Origin: Octopus bimaculoides
Taxonomy: Eukaryota
Length of the DNA: 64,000 bases
Direction: 5' to 3'
Assembly: GCF_001194135.2 (NCBI RefSeq)
Contig: NC_068998.1
Coordinates: forward strand, 26,601,941 to 26,665,940
In this document: positions 1 to 15,370 of the stretch, piece by piece
Position numbering within the stretch: position 1 is the stretch's first letter
Layout: the number at the start of each line of letters is the position of its first letter
Notes under the pieces: model-generated
Told to the model about the DNA's origin: nothing
What the model saw: the letters and a program-made list of their open reading frames with translations, nothing else
Databases searched by the model: none
Position numbers and translations under genes: made by a program

Positions 1-56
<56 letters not shown>

Positions 57-479
57 ATATATATATATGCATATATATAAAAAACGTATGCTATATATAT
101 ATTGAACGTATTTTTAATAACAATGATAATATATATATGAATATATATTTGATGTCTTTTTAATAGCATACATGGTGTGCGTGTGTATACATACGTACTT
201 ACATATATATAAAAATATATACACATATATTCTTACATATGTATATATGTAAGTATATAAACTGACTTTTCAATACATTTTCTTCTCTATTTTGCCATTA
301 TAATGTTGTATGATTATTTCTAAGAAGAGTTCCGATAGTTACATTTTTAATGTTTTTTGTTATAATAAAGAATTTTTTTTTTCATTTTCTCCTTTTTTAA
401 TGGATATTAAATTCATTTAAAGCAATTTTTTCTTTAATGCCATAACGTTGCTTCTTTATATTTCCATCATGTTTTATTA

Positions 480-702
480 TCAGTAACAGTTATCATCATC
501 ATCGTTGTCGTCGTCGTCAACACCATTATTAACGATAGTATCTTCTTTACTATTATTTATTGTTGCTGCTGTTGTTGTTATTATTGTCGTCGTCATCATC
601 ATCATCATCATTATTATTATTGTTATAATGATAATATCCATATCATCATCATTATTATTAGTAAAGAAATCTTCATTATTATTATAGCTATTGCTGTTAT
701 CC

Positions 703-737
<35 letters not shown>

Positions 738-815
738 GTTGCCATCATTATCATCATATTTTTCATCATTATCATCATCATCATCGTTGCCATCATCATC
801 ATCATATTATTATCA
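480..815. repeat. (CAT/ATT/GTT)n trinucleotide low-complexity tract
   Basis: Direct inspection; source of the poly-Ile and poly-Met ORFs. Confidence 0.95.
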
Positions 816-1457
816 ACTTCATTATTTATAAAGAGTCAAATATTCAATTTTCGGAAGCCAATCAACAGTTGGGCATCATCTGAACTAAAAAGAAGTATTT
901 GTATTCTATATACCATACTCAGATATTGATTCATTTTGAGAAAAATTTTTCCTTGAAAGAGGAAATGCTCCAAGTTCATTTATACAAGAATCTCTGACTT
1001 TCATTCTTCCTCTCCAATCATAGTTTTGTTAATGTAGTTCTTTCAGTCATCTATCTACAGATATTCCGCTGAATGGCTACATATTTACGTCAAGGAAATG
1101 GAATACACATCATCAACCAACACTAATGGGCATGACTACTTACCAATAAAAAGTTCTATACATCTCTGCACATCTGTCTGCATACATACAGGCGTACACA
1201 ATAAACTTACTTGTGTATGTGTGATATACTTAGTTTTATATACATACGTACAAACACACTGAAAGACTCATATATTCAGACACTAACACAGGTGACTTCA
1301 TATTCAATATATCTTTTGTGAATCATTCTGATAGCACATACTTTCAGCAAGGTATTGAAAGATTTATCTTTGCATACGTCTGTGTGTGTAAACACGTGAC
1401 TATATATACATACATACATATGTATGTGTATATATATACATGCATACATACATTCAT

Positions 1458-1501
<44 letters not shown>

Positions 1502-2697
1502 TGTATCTGTGTGTCTGTCTGTGTGTATATATATATTATTTTGTGGGTTAACAAATCCACCGTTGGTTTCATGCCGATAGAAATCTCTCAATAATTTTCT
1601 AGCCTGCAACATAGAACGTTGGTACTTGTTTCCTTCTTGGATGATTATACATGAAGCTATACGAAGCTGTAGGGGCTTTGGGATAGATAAATAAATAAAC
1701 AAACAGATCGTGGAAAATAACTCATAAGAACATTTTAATGGTTGTCTCACTTGCATTAGTCCAGGAATCTTTGTAAGGAGTTGCGTTCAGCATAAATTAA
1801 TTAATTCCTCTTGCTAGAACGCTCATGCGCGTTCAAATTTATAAAAATAAATATTTGTATGTACACTCATATGTGCACATCCATACAAAATATGCGTACA
1901 CACATATGCATACACACATACACCTGCATTATATGGTTTGTTCGTGTTTGAATATGTGCACATAATTGTGGAGTTTCACAAATTATGATGCCAAACGTGG
2001 TCGATGGAGTTTTAAATTCACTGGGTTGTCGATTCATAAGTCTGTGTATGTATAATTGTTGCGAGATTTCTCTCCGTATGAAACCAATGGTAGCCTTGTA
2101 AACCCACAAATATACAATATTCATCCACTAATGCGGTGTTGCGTACTCATTCTCACTGTTCGATTTTAGTGTATATATGTGTATGTGTGTGTATATGTGC
2201 GCACGCGCGTGTGGTCATAGCATCGAAAACTACTGAGTCATTTTGCACGCTGTTAAATATCTCACCTCGATGAAATAAAATTCTACATCATTTGTGCATG
2301 AACGTCAATCTACAATATATAGTTCCTGGTATATAGTTAACTGTTCTTATTGCATTCTCTCTGTAGAGTATTGTGAATTATTTTACATCTTTCTAAGACA
2401 GCTTTATTTTTCTTTGTGACCGCATAAATTAACCGCATCGTTCCTTCGTTTGTTCCTGATGGATTTGCATGCCAATCGCAACTGCTGTCGGCTACAGCCA
2501 TATATTGTGCAGCTAAACGGGTAACGTTCTATAGCTGAACAGCAGCAAACGAAGTGAATAGTCACTGAACCATTTAGTTGTCTTGTGGGGCACTTGTAAA
2601 TATTTCATATGTTCATTACATAATATATTCAAAGACCATTTTTTCCTGCCTGTTTGTTTAATTTACATTGGTATAAAGTCATAACACTTGGTGAGTC

Positions 2698-2747
<50 letters not shown>

Positions 2748-3009
2748 ACATACACACACACGCACATTAAATACACATGAACTAAAGCGGTTGCGCAATG
2801 ACTCATGTATTTACCTACATACATATAAATGTATATGTGCATGTGAGTGTATATAAATGCATGCATACCTTTATATATATATATATATATATATATATNN
2901 NNNNNNNNNNNNNNNNNNNNNNNNNNNNNNNNNNNNNNNNNNNNNNNNNNNNNNNNNNNNNNNNNNNNNNNNNNNNNNNNNNNNNNNNNNNNNNNNNNNN
3001 NNNNNNNNN

Positions 3010-3084
<75 letters not shown>

Positions 3085-3943
3085 ATATATATGCTCATAT
3101 AGCCCTACATACACAGTACGTAGGAATGAAAGATATTGATATACTAGAGATGGTGTATGTGTCTTAAATACTTTAAAAATGTTGAAACTTTTAATGCATT
3201 TTTTTTACTGTTTTCGGACTAATATAATAATAAATGATTGTAAAAAATATGTTTACTGATAAAAATGATGCATTATGCTTCACTAGTATAGCATGGAACA
3301 ATACTACGATTTTATTTCTCCGAAAAATACTTAACCAAGTCCATTTAAACCTCTTTTTGTAGTTTTCTTTCATTTTGTCTGCTTACATCTTCATGTTGCA
3401 TCGAAATCTATTGAACAAGTTTCTCCATTCATGCGTGTTTGTTCGATATCAGGCTCGTTATGCGTTATTAATGGTTTGAACTTTTCAGATTTGCCAAAAA
3501 CACGTGTCTAAATGAATTACGCTCATTTACTTCATTTGTAGTTCATATTCATTAACCCTGTTAATGCCTGCTTCTTCACATGTACGTTATCTATCTAAAT
3601 TAAGAAGGTCAAAATCAGTCAAACTTTTCCTAATGATGTTCAGTAAATCATGGGCATCTGTATTGGGCCTCGAATCTACACACTTTTTCAAACAGCCATT
3701 TCTTCCAAAAATCTCTCTTTTGGAGTAAGGTCAGCGAAGTCTTGAGCACAATGTGTTAATATATACTTGGGAATGACTCTCATGCTGCTGATATCACCTT
3801 ACACGCACACACACGCACACACATACACACACACACACATTCGTGCATACCACATACACAAACATACACACGTATATGTGTGTATTTATATTTGTATATG
3901 TGTATGCACGCGTGCGCGCGCGTGTGTGGACAGACAGACAGAC

Positions 3944-3978
<35 letters not shown>

Positions 3979-5862
3979 AGTTCATACAAAGAGTGACCTT
4001 TTTTTTCTTAAGTACAACGCCCAGTACCACATTATCCATTGTCTGTCTTTTTAAGGTGGTTTTGAGAGCGATTTGAAGGAGATTTTGTTTTTCTTTCTCG
4101 CAGACTGAATGACCATTGTGTTGTGACTCTTCCCTTGGCCTGTATATAATTGTTTACACAAGACGTGGTCCATGTCCTTCCTGATAAAATATGCCTGCAA
4201 ATATAGGCTTCAGAGTAATTTGCGCTGGATTAAAACTTTTACCCGATATAGTTCGTTACATACAATTCTGGGTTCAAATCCTTTTGGTGTTCAATTTGCT
4301 TTCTTATTGCTTCAAAATAAGTGATAATAAAAGGAAATATCGGAGATGTTTCATAAGGCGTAGGTAAGGTGCTGTTTGCCTACATCAACGCATTTATCTT
4401 CATATAATACATATAGAGATAGAGAGATTATGATCCATGCAGATCCAGTTTCTTCCTACCATCTTGATTGAGTCCAGTTATATCTTGTGCGCTTATGTAA
4501 GATTAAGGAAAACTAATGACAAAGATATTCTGTATAAAAGTATTGTTATTGTTGTTGCTGTTGTTATTTGTCCCCGTGGAAGATCGCTTTACAAATTACA
4601 TTATTTCATCTTCAGTTCCACTGCATGGTATCATGAACAAATTATTTTCTACCATATTTCTGGATCGATGAAATCCTTGTGAGTGAAACTGAGTCGACAA
4701 AAGCAGTGTGAAAGCTCGAGCGAAGGACCACTCCTGTCCTAGAACGATGCACATAGCCCAGTTTAACATTACCACCTGGGTCCTGAAGATTTTAGCTGAG
4801 TCTACATTGTTGCAAATATGTCAGCAAGGTTTCTAATTGAGGGTAATGCTTTTCAATCATTGTCGGGGACTTTGTATAAGATCATCAACGCTGCCCTTTT
4901 CCTTTTCATTTAAATTATTAACTGAATGGTAAAAGGTTAAACTTGATCAGATAAATCTGAGTTCAAAGAGGCTCTAGCCGTGTTCACCCCATCTTTGCCT
5001 TTTCTGGTCATAGTACATATAATCATTAGATTCCTCTTTTTAAGATAGTGATGTGTGATAAAAAGGTCATTTGACAACTAATTCCTGCCAGTCAAATAAC
5101 TTCATCAGTGTTCCTTCATTGGTTCCTTTGTTTAATGTAGTCATTCTTTTATGAGACTTGGTAGTGTTGTGAGGACAGCCTTTCAGTAAGCAGGCTAATG
5201 GCAGTTTACATTAAGTGGGAAACAAATGTTCTCACTGGAGAATGAAGTAAGATAGTCATTCCAGTTGTTTATTCCTGGTCATAGATCTTGAGATCTATTA
5301 TATTGAAATAATTGATGTTGCTAAGTGTTAGTCATTGATTTGATTTACTCAGATTTTTTTTCAATACACGCATATATACATGCTTAAACTGACATTAATA
5401 CATGTATGTATGTATGTATGTATGTATGCATGTATGTATGTATGAATCGTGCCAAACTGAAATTTGCGCCTAACATTCTAGCATTTACCTGATGAATAGA
5501 AATATCAAATAAGTACAGAAGTAAAAAACGTTTTTCTTTTTGTATATTTATCATTGATTCTAAGATCAATACATTTTCTTGGAGTGTCAAAAAGTTTTTA
5601 CCACGAGAACTAATGGGCGTAATTTATCAGTGATTTTCTCTGACTTACACTGAGTTATTTGAACTAGTTAAAGAGACATGGAAAACACGAAACAAAAGAA
5701 ATAGAGGGAAATCTTCTACAATAGTTTCGACATTGAAGTTTCTTATTTTTCTGTTCATATTTGTTTAAGTTTAACAACACCATTGATTATTTCCTTCAGT
5801 CTTATATCAGGAAACGTAGATAGCTTATATAGATACATGAACAGACAATCGGGCTGTCTTTC

Positions 5863-6208
5863 TCTCTTTTACTCTTTTACCTTTAGTCGAGCAAATCGAA
5901 CCCAGGGCTTATTCTTTGTAAGCCTAGTATTTATTCTATCGGCTCCTTTTGCCGAACTGCTATGTTACGGGGACGTAAACACACCAGCATCGGTTGTCAA
6001 GTGATGTTGGGGGGGGGAGACAAACACACACATATATATACATATATACGACGGGCTTCTTTCAGTTTCCATCTACCAAATCCACTCACAAGGCTTTGGT
6101 CGGCCCGAGGCTATAGTAGAAGACACGTGCCCAAGGTGCCACGCTGTGGGACTGAACCCGGAACCATGTGGTTCGTAAGCAAGCTACTTACCACACAGCC
6201 ACTCCTGC
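5863..6208 (-). mobile_element. tRNA-derived SINE, family A (head, CORE-like ccttgggcacgtgtcttctactatagcc, internal microsatellite); little diverged, CpG-rich
   Basis: Minus-strand head gcaggagtggctgtgtggtaagtagcttgctt...ggttccgggttcagtccc with A/B-box-like motifs; at least 9 related copies in the window; about 15 CpGs by hand count. Confidence 0.9.
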
Positions 6209-6694
6209 GGCTAGTAGTGGCCTTTTCTATATAAGTGACTTTTTCTATATAAGATCAACTGTTCCAAGCAAAATATTCTTTGGATGTTCAGATTTTTACC
6301 TCCCAGGTGAAGGTCCATTTTGATACCACCTTTATTCTCGATCCATTCGTGTCTGACTCCTGCTAAAATATCACTGGCCTAATAAAATCACATTGTATAC
6401 TATTTGTAAAATTATTTACTTATAGTGTGTTGCTGGTATTTCTAATTTACACAACAAATTATTAGTGAATGTATGAACCTCTTCCATCTTCTATAGTTGT
6501 CAAGCAGTGCAGCGTTGTGCTCTGGTCTACAGTTAACAGTATCTACTTGGTGTGGTGGGGGGGGGGGCTTAAATATAGTTTAGGGTTTTAGAAAAATAAG
6601 TTATTCATAATTTTGACATACACATGTGCGATTAACAAAACAAAATCAAATTGAGGTTTTTATCTAAAAATTAACTTTAAAACGTTTTAAAATC

Positions 6695-6775
6695 CCCATG
6701 CGATGAAGGGCAAAGTTGACCTCGACAGAATTTGAATTCATAACGTAACGTCGGATGAAATGAACCGAAATGTGC
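6695..6775 (-). mobile_element. SINE family B fragment, CpG retained
   Basis: gatgaagggcaaagttgacctcgacagaatttgaattcataacgtaacgtcggatgaaatg. Confidence 0.75.
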
Positions 6776-8184
6776 GTAAACAAACAAGAGCCCTTTTCTA
6801 CGTTTGTTTCAACATACATTCAACTTATTCTAAACTTTGTTTTACATCAGTAAACGTATCGATTTGAGGTTTAAAAATTCATTTTGCGATCATATAGTTT
6901 GTAGTTCGTTCACCACCTTGAGGAAACTTAGCATCAGGTCAACAAATTCCTAGTTAGCTAAATATAATAGGTGAAAGCTATGCACAAGACAGTCCAATGT
7001 GATGGAAAGAAGACACACTACCCATAAACCTTCAAAGCAGAATCAGAAAATCCGGAGTATTCTTTCATATTAACCTCTAAAATATGTATATTTATGAGCC
7101 TTTGATTAACATTGTTTTATTTACTGTTCATAGCAATATCTCTTGCATAATATGTAAGGTTAAGCGCTTTATGGATGCGAAACCATTGGTCACTCTATGA
7201 TTGGCCAAATGATTAACTTCCTGCATATGTATATATATACACACACACACACAAGTTTCGAACCCAATATCAAAGTAACATATCGGGTTGCTTCCATTCT
7301 TATCTTAAGAATGAACGCATGTAAGTGAAACATGTTAAAGTAATAGTGACCAAGTCATTAATCACGTACACTAAATAGTAGACTTACTGGCGTGGAAGAG
7401 TAAATGCCATACTGAATGAATTAATTTGTCTTTTAACGTCATTCGCAGTATAGTGAAACTGTTACTGTGGTAAGGAAATAAATATTTTAAACCACGAGAT
7501 CATCAAGAACGTACCGAAATGCAAGAATAAATGAATGTTTTAAAAGTTATTGTTCAGAGAAAATTAACTAAAAATCTTGAAAATATATTTTAACATTTTT
7601 CAGCGCTCGTATATTGATTGTGGTGCGATTGCTTGGCTGCCCTACTTTTCTTTTTAACTGTTTTACGTTCTTCTATTTCACTGTCTTGTATTTGTGTTTT
7701 ATTTAATTTTCCTATACTGGTTCCATTCTTTGAATATTCAGGTTACTATATGTAGGTAGCTTTTGAAAATTTTGATATTTGGATAATGCCAGAACAATAC
7801 TGATATTTTCAAGTGAGACACTCTTTGCAAGCTGTAAATAGATACAATACTTACTGTCATTCAATCACACGAAGGTAACTGAGATGGAATACTTTGTCTA
7901 TAATTTAACCTATATAGTTGCATGCCTTTCCCATTAACAACAATACAACAACCATGGAAATTACTTTTCTTATAGATTATGCTGAATTCTACGCGTCTTG
8001 GTTAAACTTGCCACAGAGTAGGAACCAGGTTTCTTCTGGGAACGATAGCAAAACTTAATAATAACCTTTCCAGTGAGTTTTTCTTACACAAACACTTATG
8101 ATTTAAATATTACATCATGAAGGACTGATATTGTGAATGTATTGGTTATCTTCCGTCAACTGACACAATATATTTTGGGCACAA

Positions 8185-8345
8185 ACACACAGCTGTATGG
8201 CTAAGAAGCTTGTTTTAGAATAAAATAGTTCCTGATCTAACATTGCTGTGCAACACCTTGGGCAAGTGTGCTTTACCATTTCATTTTGTTAATCCATGCC
8301 TTGTAAATGAAATTAGATAGACAGAAACTATGTGGATATCCATCA
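8185..8345 (+). mobile_element. Old family A-related SINE head
   Basis: gctgtatggctaagaagcttg...caccttgggcaagtgtg...gatagacagaaacta. Similar decayed heads at ~19305-19480, ~49480-49530 and ~62875-63000. Confidence 0.6.
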
Positions 8346-11333
8346 AATGAACCTGTTTGAAGGTGGGAGTTCTCATGTCACTATCTGGCACTTTGGTAGC
8401 TTTAATGGAGTTCATTCCATTAAAAGTATTCTGGCCATGCTACTTTATATTACAGTAACCTATGAGTCATGATTCTCCCCAACAACCTTCTTTAAAGCTC
8501 TACTAAAGTGGTTTTACTTATAGTATCTCAGCTCCATAATGTTTTTGTTTTTATTTAGATAGGGCAAATTTATTTTAGACCAATGCAAAAGAAAATTTAA
8601 CCACATACTTGTTATACAAATGATAGTGAATGAAATGAGAAAGTAGGAAGGTCTGCATTTTCTAGGTAGAAACATTTCTCAAAGAACAGTCGTTTCCATA
8701 AGAACTTATATCTGTTTATGGATAAAGGAGACGCAATATAGTAACATCATGCTATGTTCTCCAAATAAGCATGAGTCATAATAATTTCACGGGAGGATGA
8801 AATGAGTGTTATAATGTGCATAACTTTTCAAAAAGCTTCAAAAATATGAGAGTAAATAGAGTTGGGAATCAAAACTTGATTGCAAACTCACTAGACCTGT
8901 GACTTGCCTTCTACTTCTATGGTGATTCATATAGATTAAATTTATGGTTGATTAAATATATATGTCCCAATAATAGAGGTGGCTAAGACATTGACTTATA
9001 ATTCTGTTTAGGTTCACATTTCCATTACAATATTTTTTTTTATACGAAATGGCTCCATAGAACATCACTAAACTTTGTAACTGATAAAACTAAGATTATG
9101 ATGCACAGACACATTAATGGCTATACAATCTTGCTGTTTACATTTCAGCTTTGGAAGATTTATGAGAACAGCTTTGAAGTGATTTCCCTTTCCCATTGAA
9201 TTTTATATTTTTCTATCAGATATTACTTGACAAAAAAAAAAAACTAAAGAAAATCACATCAAATTAAATAAAATTGCATTATTCAATATTCTCCAAACAC
9301 CCACCATCAGTTTTATTAATAAATATCTCAACATAACATAACAATGAGGATTTCTTCCAAAGAAATGTTCACAGCTTTCTTTACAGAATACAATTCTATC
9401 TATGAGAACCTGTTGACATAGAGACAAATGGTTATTGATATTAGTGCTGATGCAAACAGCCACATCCCTTCAATAGCCTCGTCAAATTCTTTGTTTTGAT
9501 TTCCAGTCTTAAAGACCATTATTCAAATACAAACAACAATTAACCAATGTTAGTCATATGATTTCAATTCTTTTGCTCTTTTCATATTATTCTGTATTTG
9601 TTTATATGTGTGTCTGTATGTATTTATGTGTGAGTGTAAGTCTGTGTATCTCATATAGTTGACTTTTGCTTTTCTTTTTTTTTTATTGTATTTGGTTCCG
9701 TGCTTTTTCCCAGTATTTTTCTTTTGTGTTCTTTTCTAGGATTTCTATTAATTACTGTTATTTATGTTTTTGTATTCATTTGCTTTTGTTTAATTATATT
9801 TGTCTCCACTTTTGTGTATTTTTTTATTTAATTTGAATGTTAAGTTATTTTTATTTTCTTTTATTTTTAATGCCATGAATGTCTTTAGATTTTTTTTTTC
9901 CTCTACCATCTCATTTCATTTCTTTTGTCTCATTTGGTTTCTTTTGTTGCTGTTGCTGCTATTAGCCAAATTCCTGCTGGCAAACTATGATGATTGTCAT
10001 GAGACAGGTTCAAACTGAGCTTTTATTGTTTTACCTCAATGTTAACCTATGTAGCATGGCTTTGCATTAGCATTCATAAATCTATGTATACATGCACATG
10101 CATGCAAGTGTGTCACTCTATGTAATACATATACTCCGCTTTTTCCCTCAATGTTGTAATCTGATAAGCCTTGTCTGCAGTATTAAGCCAATATCTTAGT
10201 ATCACACATTATTTTGGCAAACTTAGCCTCAGCTTCCTGTAATTGCACTTGTAACTGACAAACCCATGGTTTAGTCATATTATAAATACAGAATGGAGAA
10301 AAATGCAGCAATTTACCAGAGACCTAAGAGCATTGGGTTAAATACCATTCAGTATTTATTCCAATTCTGTCCATTCTGAGTTCAAATCTTGCCAAGCATA
10401 AGTCTTCCAGGATTGATTTATTGAGAATCAGTCCATGAGAGTAGATTATAGAATTGATACAACAGCAAATGAGATGTTTTCTGATATCTGCTCCAGCTAT
10501 GTGCATTCTGAGTTTGAACTCTGCCCCATGGCCTGAGCAAAATTCACCTCCCACAGGATCCTAAATGCCTTGAGTAGAGGATAACTGGAGGCATTTACTG
10601 ATACAGACAAACTATGTTTATAGAGAAAATAACAAACAATGTATCACTCGTACATTTAAATAATGCCTACACTAAGCTTGGTATAGTGGTTATTATATAA
10701 ATTTTCTAGCTACATATGCATATATATCAAGGAAGAAGTTAGGATAACAAATATGACTTGAAGTAATTTTCGATATGGAACATTTTAGATTTATGGAGAA
10801 CGAAGATTCTTAACATAACTATAAAATATGTAACATTTAATTCAAGACAGAAAGATTATGCAACATGAAGACTTCAGTGTGTGTGTGTGTGTGTGTGTGT
10901 AAATATACATATATATATATATTTATATATATATGGACAGACAGATAGATAGACAGATAGTTTTGAGTTGGCAGAGTTATTAGTTTTAGGAATATTACTT
11001 TTTCTGATTCCCTGCACCAGGAGTTCAAATCCCACAGAGGTGAACTCCACATTTCATTCTTCCAAGTCAATATATAAAATGTCAGTCAAGTGTCAAGTAC
11101 TAAGAACTTGACTCTTTTTTCTCCATATCCAAGTCTGCTGAGCAGTGCTCTCAGAACAGATAATGAGTGAGCACACACCATGTCTCTTTCCCCAGATATG
11201 GAGATGTGTTGAGCAAGGGTCAAGCAACCTTTTCCCATAGTAAAACTAAAATGCCACCAGAATGGAAGTACAGAAGAATATAAAGTATATATACCTATGT
11301 ACACATACACACACACATACTTGCATATTTTTA

Positions 11334-11377
<44 letters not shown>

Positions 11378-12809
11378 CATGCAGTTAAATATATGTCCAA
11401 TTGTTTCACACCCATAAAGCTTTATAGATTACTCATCAGATATATGAGTCATCTATAATGCTAAGTGCTATATGGATACAAAACCATTGGTCACTCTATG
11501 ACCGGGCATATATTNNNNNNNNNNNNNNNNNNNNNNNNNNNNNNNNNNNNNNNNNNNNNNNNNNNNNNNNNNNNNNNNNNNNNNNNNNNNNNNNNNNNTA
11601 TATATATATAATTGTGTGACTCTGGTACCAAACTTTATTAACCCTGTCTCTTCCTTGCACGATACTGGTGCCATGGAGAAGAAAGGAAAAGTTTCATGCA
11701 CCAGCAATGCCAAGTCTGCCACAAGAAAAACTATTGCCCTGCCCTACACCTAAAGAACATACTTTCTTGGGGTAGATATTCAAGCCTTCTACAGTAGACA
11801 ACAAAGGCCTAATGTTATGTTTGAACAATAGACCACATTGGTAGCCTTGAAATAAGTAGTAGACTTGTGACTTACAGTCTTTTAGTCTATGTGTTCAAAT
11901 GTATCAATTTACTAAACTAAAATATGTTTTATCTTCCAGCCACTGTTTCAAAATATGGCTGATTAATAGAGTCAAGCTAATTAGGATTTTTTTTTTCTTT
12001 AATTATATAGAAAAGATAAAGATAATAACATTTGTCTGCCAACCAGAAATAAGAATAGTTATTCAGGATATTGTGAAAATAATCAATAGCTAATCAATAT
12101 TCTAATCCTAATTTCACACCACATATATTTAGATTTCTAATCGAACATTTCCTCAGAAGATAATTTTTACCTAATCTTGCCATTTTTCTTTCTTTTTTTT
12201 TTTTTTTCCTTTTTCAAAATAATTGATATTAGATAAAATCTGTTAATGTTTATTCTTATTTTTATTTATTCTCAAACACCTACTTCACGAAAAATATTCT
12301 GCTTCATTAGAGATTATGAATAATTTTATACATTGATAAGAGACAGTTATGGGTTGACTGTAGATAAAAACATGATTTATGCCATTATACAACGTTTTCT
12401 TTCAAAGTGAATTCCACATGAAATTTTAGTTCACAGAGACATTGCAAAATTAGAGGAAATGATTTGCATTCATTTCATCAACGGTTCAATGGTTCAGTAC
12501 ACCAAAATAGGTAGTACTGTTCTGAGAGATATTTTTTTTTACCATGCTAGGAATACTACATCATATATTGCACAGCAATATGAGGCTTCAGCCATCTTTC
12601 ACAGCAATAATCAATTAAACAATGAAGCAGTTGAATGAAAATAAGGCTTTAAAATAATTAGACTAAAATATAATTAGAATATAAATATATTTCTAAATTT
12701 GTGAAATTTATTGCAACTCTTTTGAACAATATTGTTTTATTAACTTTCTTAGAGTCATGAGAAAGTTATACTACAATAATGCCTTTACCAAGGTAGAAAA
12801 TATGAGATG

Positions 12810-13012
12810 CCAAATCACCATCATCAGCATCCTTTAGCGTCTGTTTTCCATGCTGGAATGGGTTGGACAGTTTGACCAGTGCTGGCAACCAAAGAACTAC
12901 ACCAGGTTCCAGTCTAATTTGGCTTTGCTTCAAGAGCTGGAAGCCCTTCCTAACTCCAAACAATCTACAGTATGTACTGGGGGCTTTTAACATGGCACTA
13001 GCATGAATACTT
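12810..13012 (-). mobile_element. Retroposon family D copy
   Basis: catcatcagcatcctttagcgtctgttttccatgctggaatgggttggacagtttgac...gctggaagcccttcctaactccaaac. Confidence 0.75.
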
Positions 13013-13798
13013 TTATGCAATAATGGCAGAAGTGCTTTTTACATTATACAAGCACAGGACTCTTACAGGCCAATCCTCTTCATCGGGTGGGGGAGGGACA
13101 TCCTTAACACTTCTGCTGTAGAGGACAGGTCTTCTTGAATACAGCATGGCACCATATATCTCGGTTTTTATCATCTCAGATATTTAATACTTATATTGCA
13201 TCTGAACTGCTGTACCAAATTCTAAAATTGACTCTGTCTATATATTAGAAAGTATTTCCACATTAATGCTAACAACCCAAAGAGAACCATTACTGATAGA
13301 AACAGAAACCAAATAACATTTGACTGTCTTAAAAAACAAAACATTAGATGTGTTCCTGAGAAAAGAATGAAGGTTATGTCTGGCATGTTTTGGAGTACAG
13401 ATCTGCTCAGTCAAAACTGGCCCTAGGGTAAATAACAACAATCAAAATAATGATATTATTACTAAACCATGGCGTCAGCAAACCAGTAAATTAGTATTAT
13501 TATTAGTAGTAATAGAGTAGGTATAGTTTATGTTTAGAAAGAGTAGAGGTTTTAGAAACTTTAGTATTTTAGTTACACGCACCTGACACAACCACAAAAG
13601 AAAGAAATTCTGGCACATTGATAAATGATTGTTATAAAGTCTTGTCAAATTTATTTTTTATTTTCAGGAAATATTTGGTAAAAAGATGATTCTGCACAGT
13701 TTTGAAAAATAAGGCACTTAATTGTATTCTGACTAGATGTTATTTTAACATTTTCCTATTTCAGTCAGCTTCCTCTTTATGTGTGTGTGTGTGCGTGC

Positions 13799-13840
<42 letters not shown>

Positions 13841-15370
13841 GTGCGTGTGTGTGCGTGCATACATGAATGTGTGCTTGCATGTGTGCATGCATACTAATTA
13901 ATTCATTACACTTTTCTGTAATGAAACAGAATACATCCTGGCATACAATTAGATGATTCACTAATGAAAAATATGACATCTTGTGATTATAATTTTTTTC
14001 TTTTTTTAATCATCATTGATAATAGAATATGTTTGTTCTCATAATATTTGTTAGGTAAAAGATAGAATTCCCCCTACATAGAGTGATGGTCTGTAATAGA
14101 TTATTGTCTGAAGCTAGTCTGTTTGGGTTCAAATGTGTGTTTATGTGTCCCAAAATAGTTATACAAAACATCAATTCTTCAGCTGATTTAATTATCAATT
14201 CATACAGTTAAATGATTTATTTGACTTTAATGGCATACAAGGAAGAAAATTATGAACCAGTTTGTAGACAAGGAATAACTCATTCATATGCTCTTATGAG
14301 GCAACATGTTACTTTTGATCCTATCACATTATCAAAGACAAGATCTTTGAGTTCATTTCTGCCATAGTCCTAACAAATAAACTCTGTTCATCTCTTTCAT
14401 TTACGCTTCTTAAATTTGAGAAGTCAAAGTACGGTTTCTTTTCCTGCTTGAATGGGAAAACGAAACTGTGACTAAAAATTGTCAGCATATTGTCTCAACT
14501 TATAAATTACCACATCTCTCTCAACATCATCATATTCTTCAGTTTTATATTTTTCATTTTCTTTTTAGTTATTTAGAGTATACATAAATTATTTCACTGA
14601 CAAAAGCCAGCACCAAGATTAATAGCAAATATATTATCTCATATCTTGTTGCTAGACTCGATCAAATTATAAAATGTAAGCAGGTGTTTGCACTGTGCTT
14701 TCTTAATTCTAGACTAAATTTACATTTCTAGTCATGAACAATAACTGAACATATAAAATATGAAATAAATTCAGAGCAAATTGATATAAACAATTACACC
14801 AATGGAATAAAATTATTCTCAGAATTTCTTTAATATCAATTCAGATTTCTATTAAATTCAACTGACTTTTTATTACTGTCAGTTTATTAAATATATTAAT
14901 TTGCTATAAACTGCTGCTGAATTAGATATTTTATCCCCTTTATGAATTTTCTAATTGTAAGCTATAAATACAGTCTAAAAATACTTGTTAAGAACTTCAG
15001 AATATTTTCTAACAGATGTAAGACATTCAATTAAATATAATCCTGTTTTCCTTTATACAATACACACAAACTCTTTATCAACTACAATGTGTCTGAGGGG
15101 AAATATTTTAGGAGAACATACCAAATATAATTACTGTAGCATTTCGTGTATGCAATGAAATAAACTGAAAAATCTTTGATTGTTGGGATTCTTAATGCAA
15201 TGAGGAGGCAAACCTTCCTCCAAAACTTATAAAATAAAAAAAATAATAAGTGGGAAGATAGCTCCAATAAATGAACCAATGGAAGTTTTTGGAAAATAAT
15301 AATGATGCCAATAGGAATGGATTTTGTCTTTAAAGCCAGCTGTTGAAAACAATTGTACACAAGGCATATC

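Noticed and set aside
505-805. Poly-Ile and poly-Met ORFs on both strands
   Set aside because: Translations of a (CAT/ATT)n tract; no splice or domain support.
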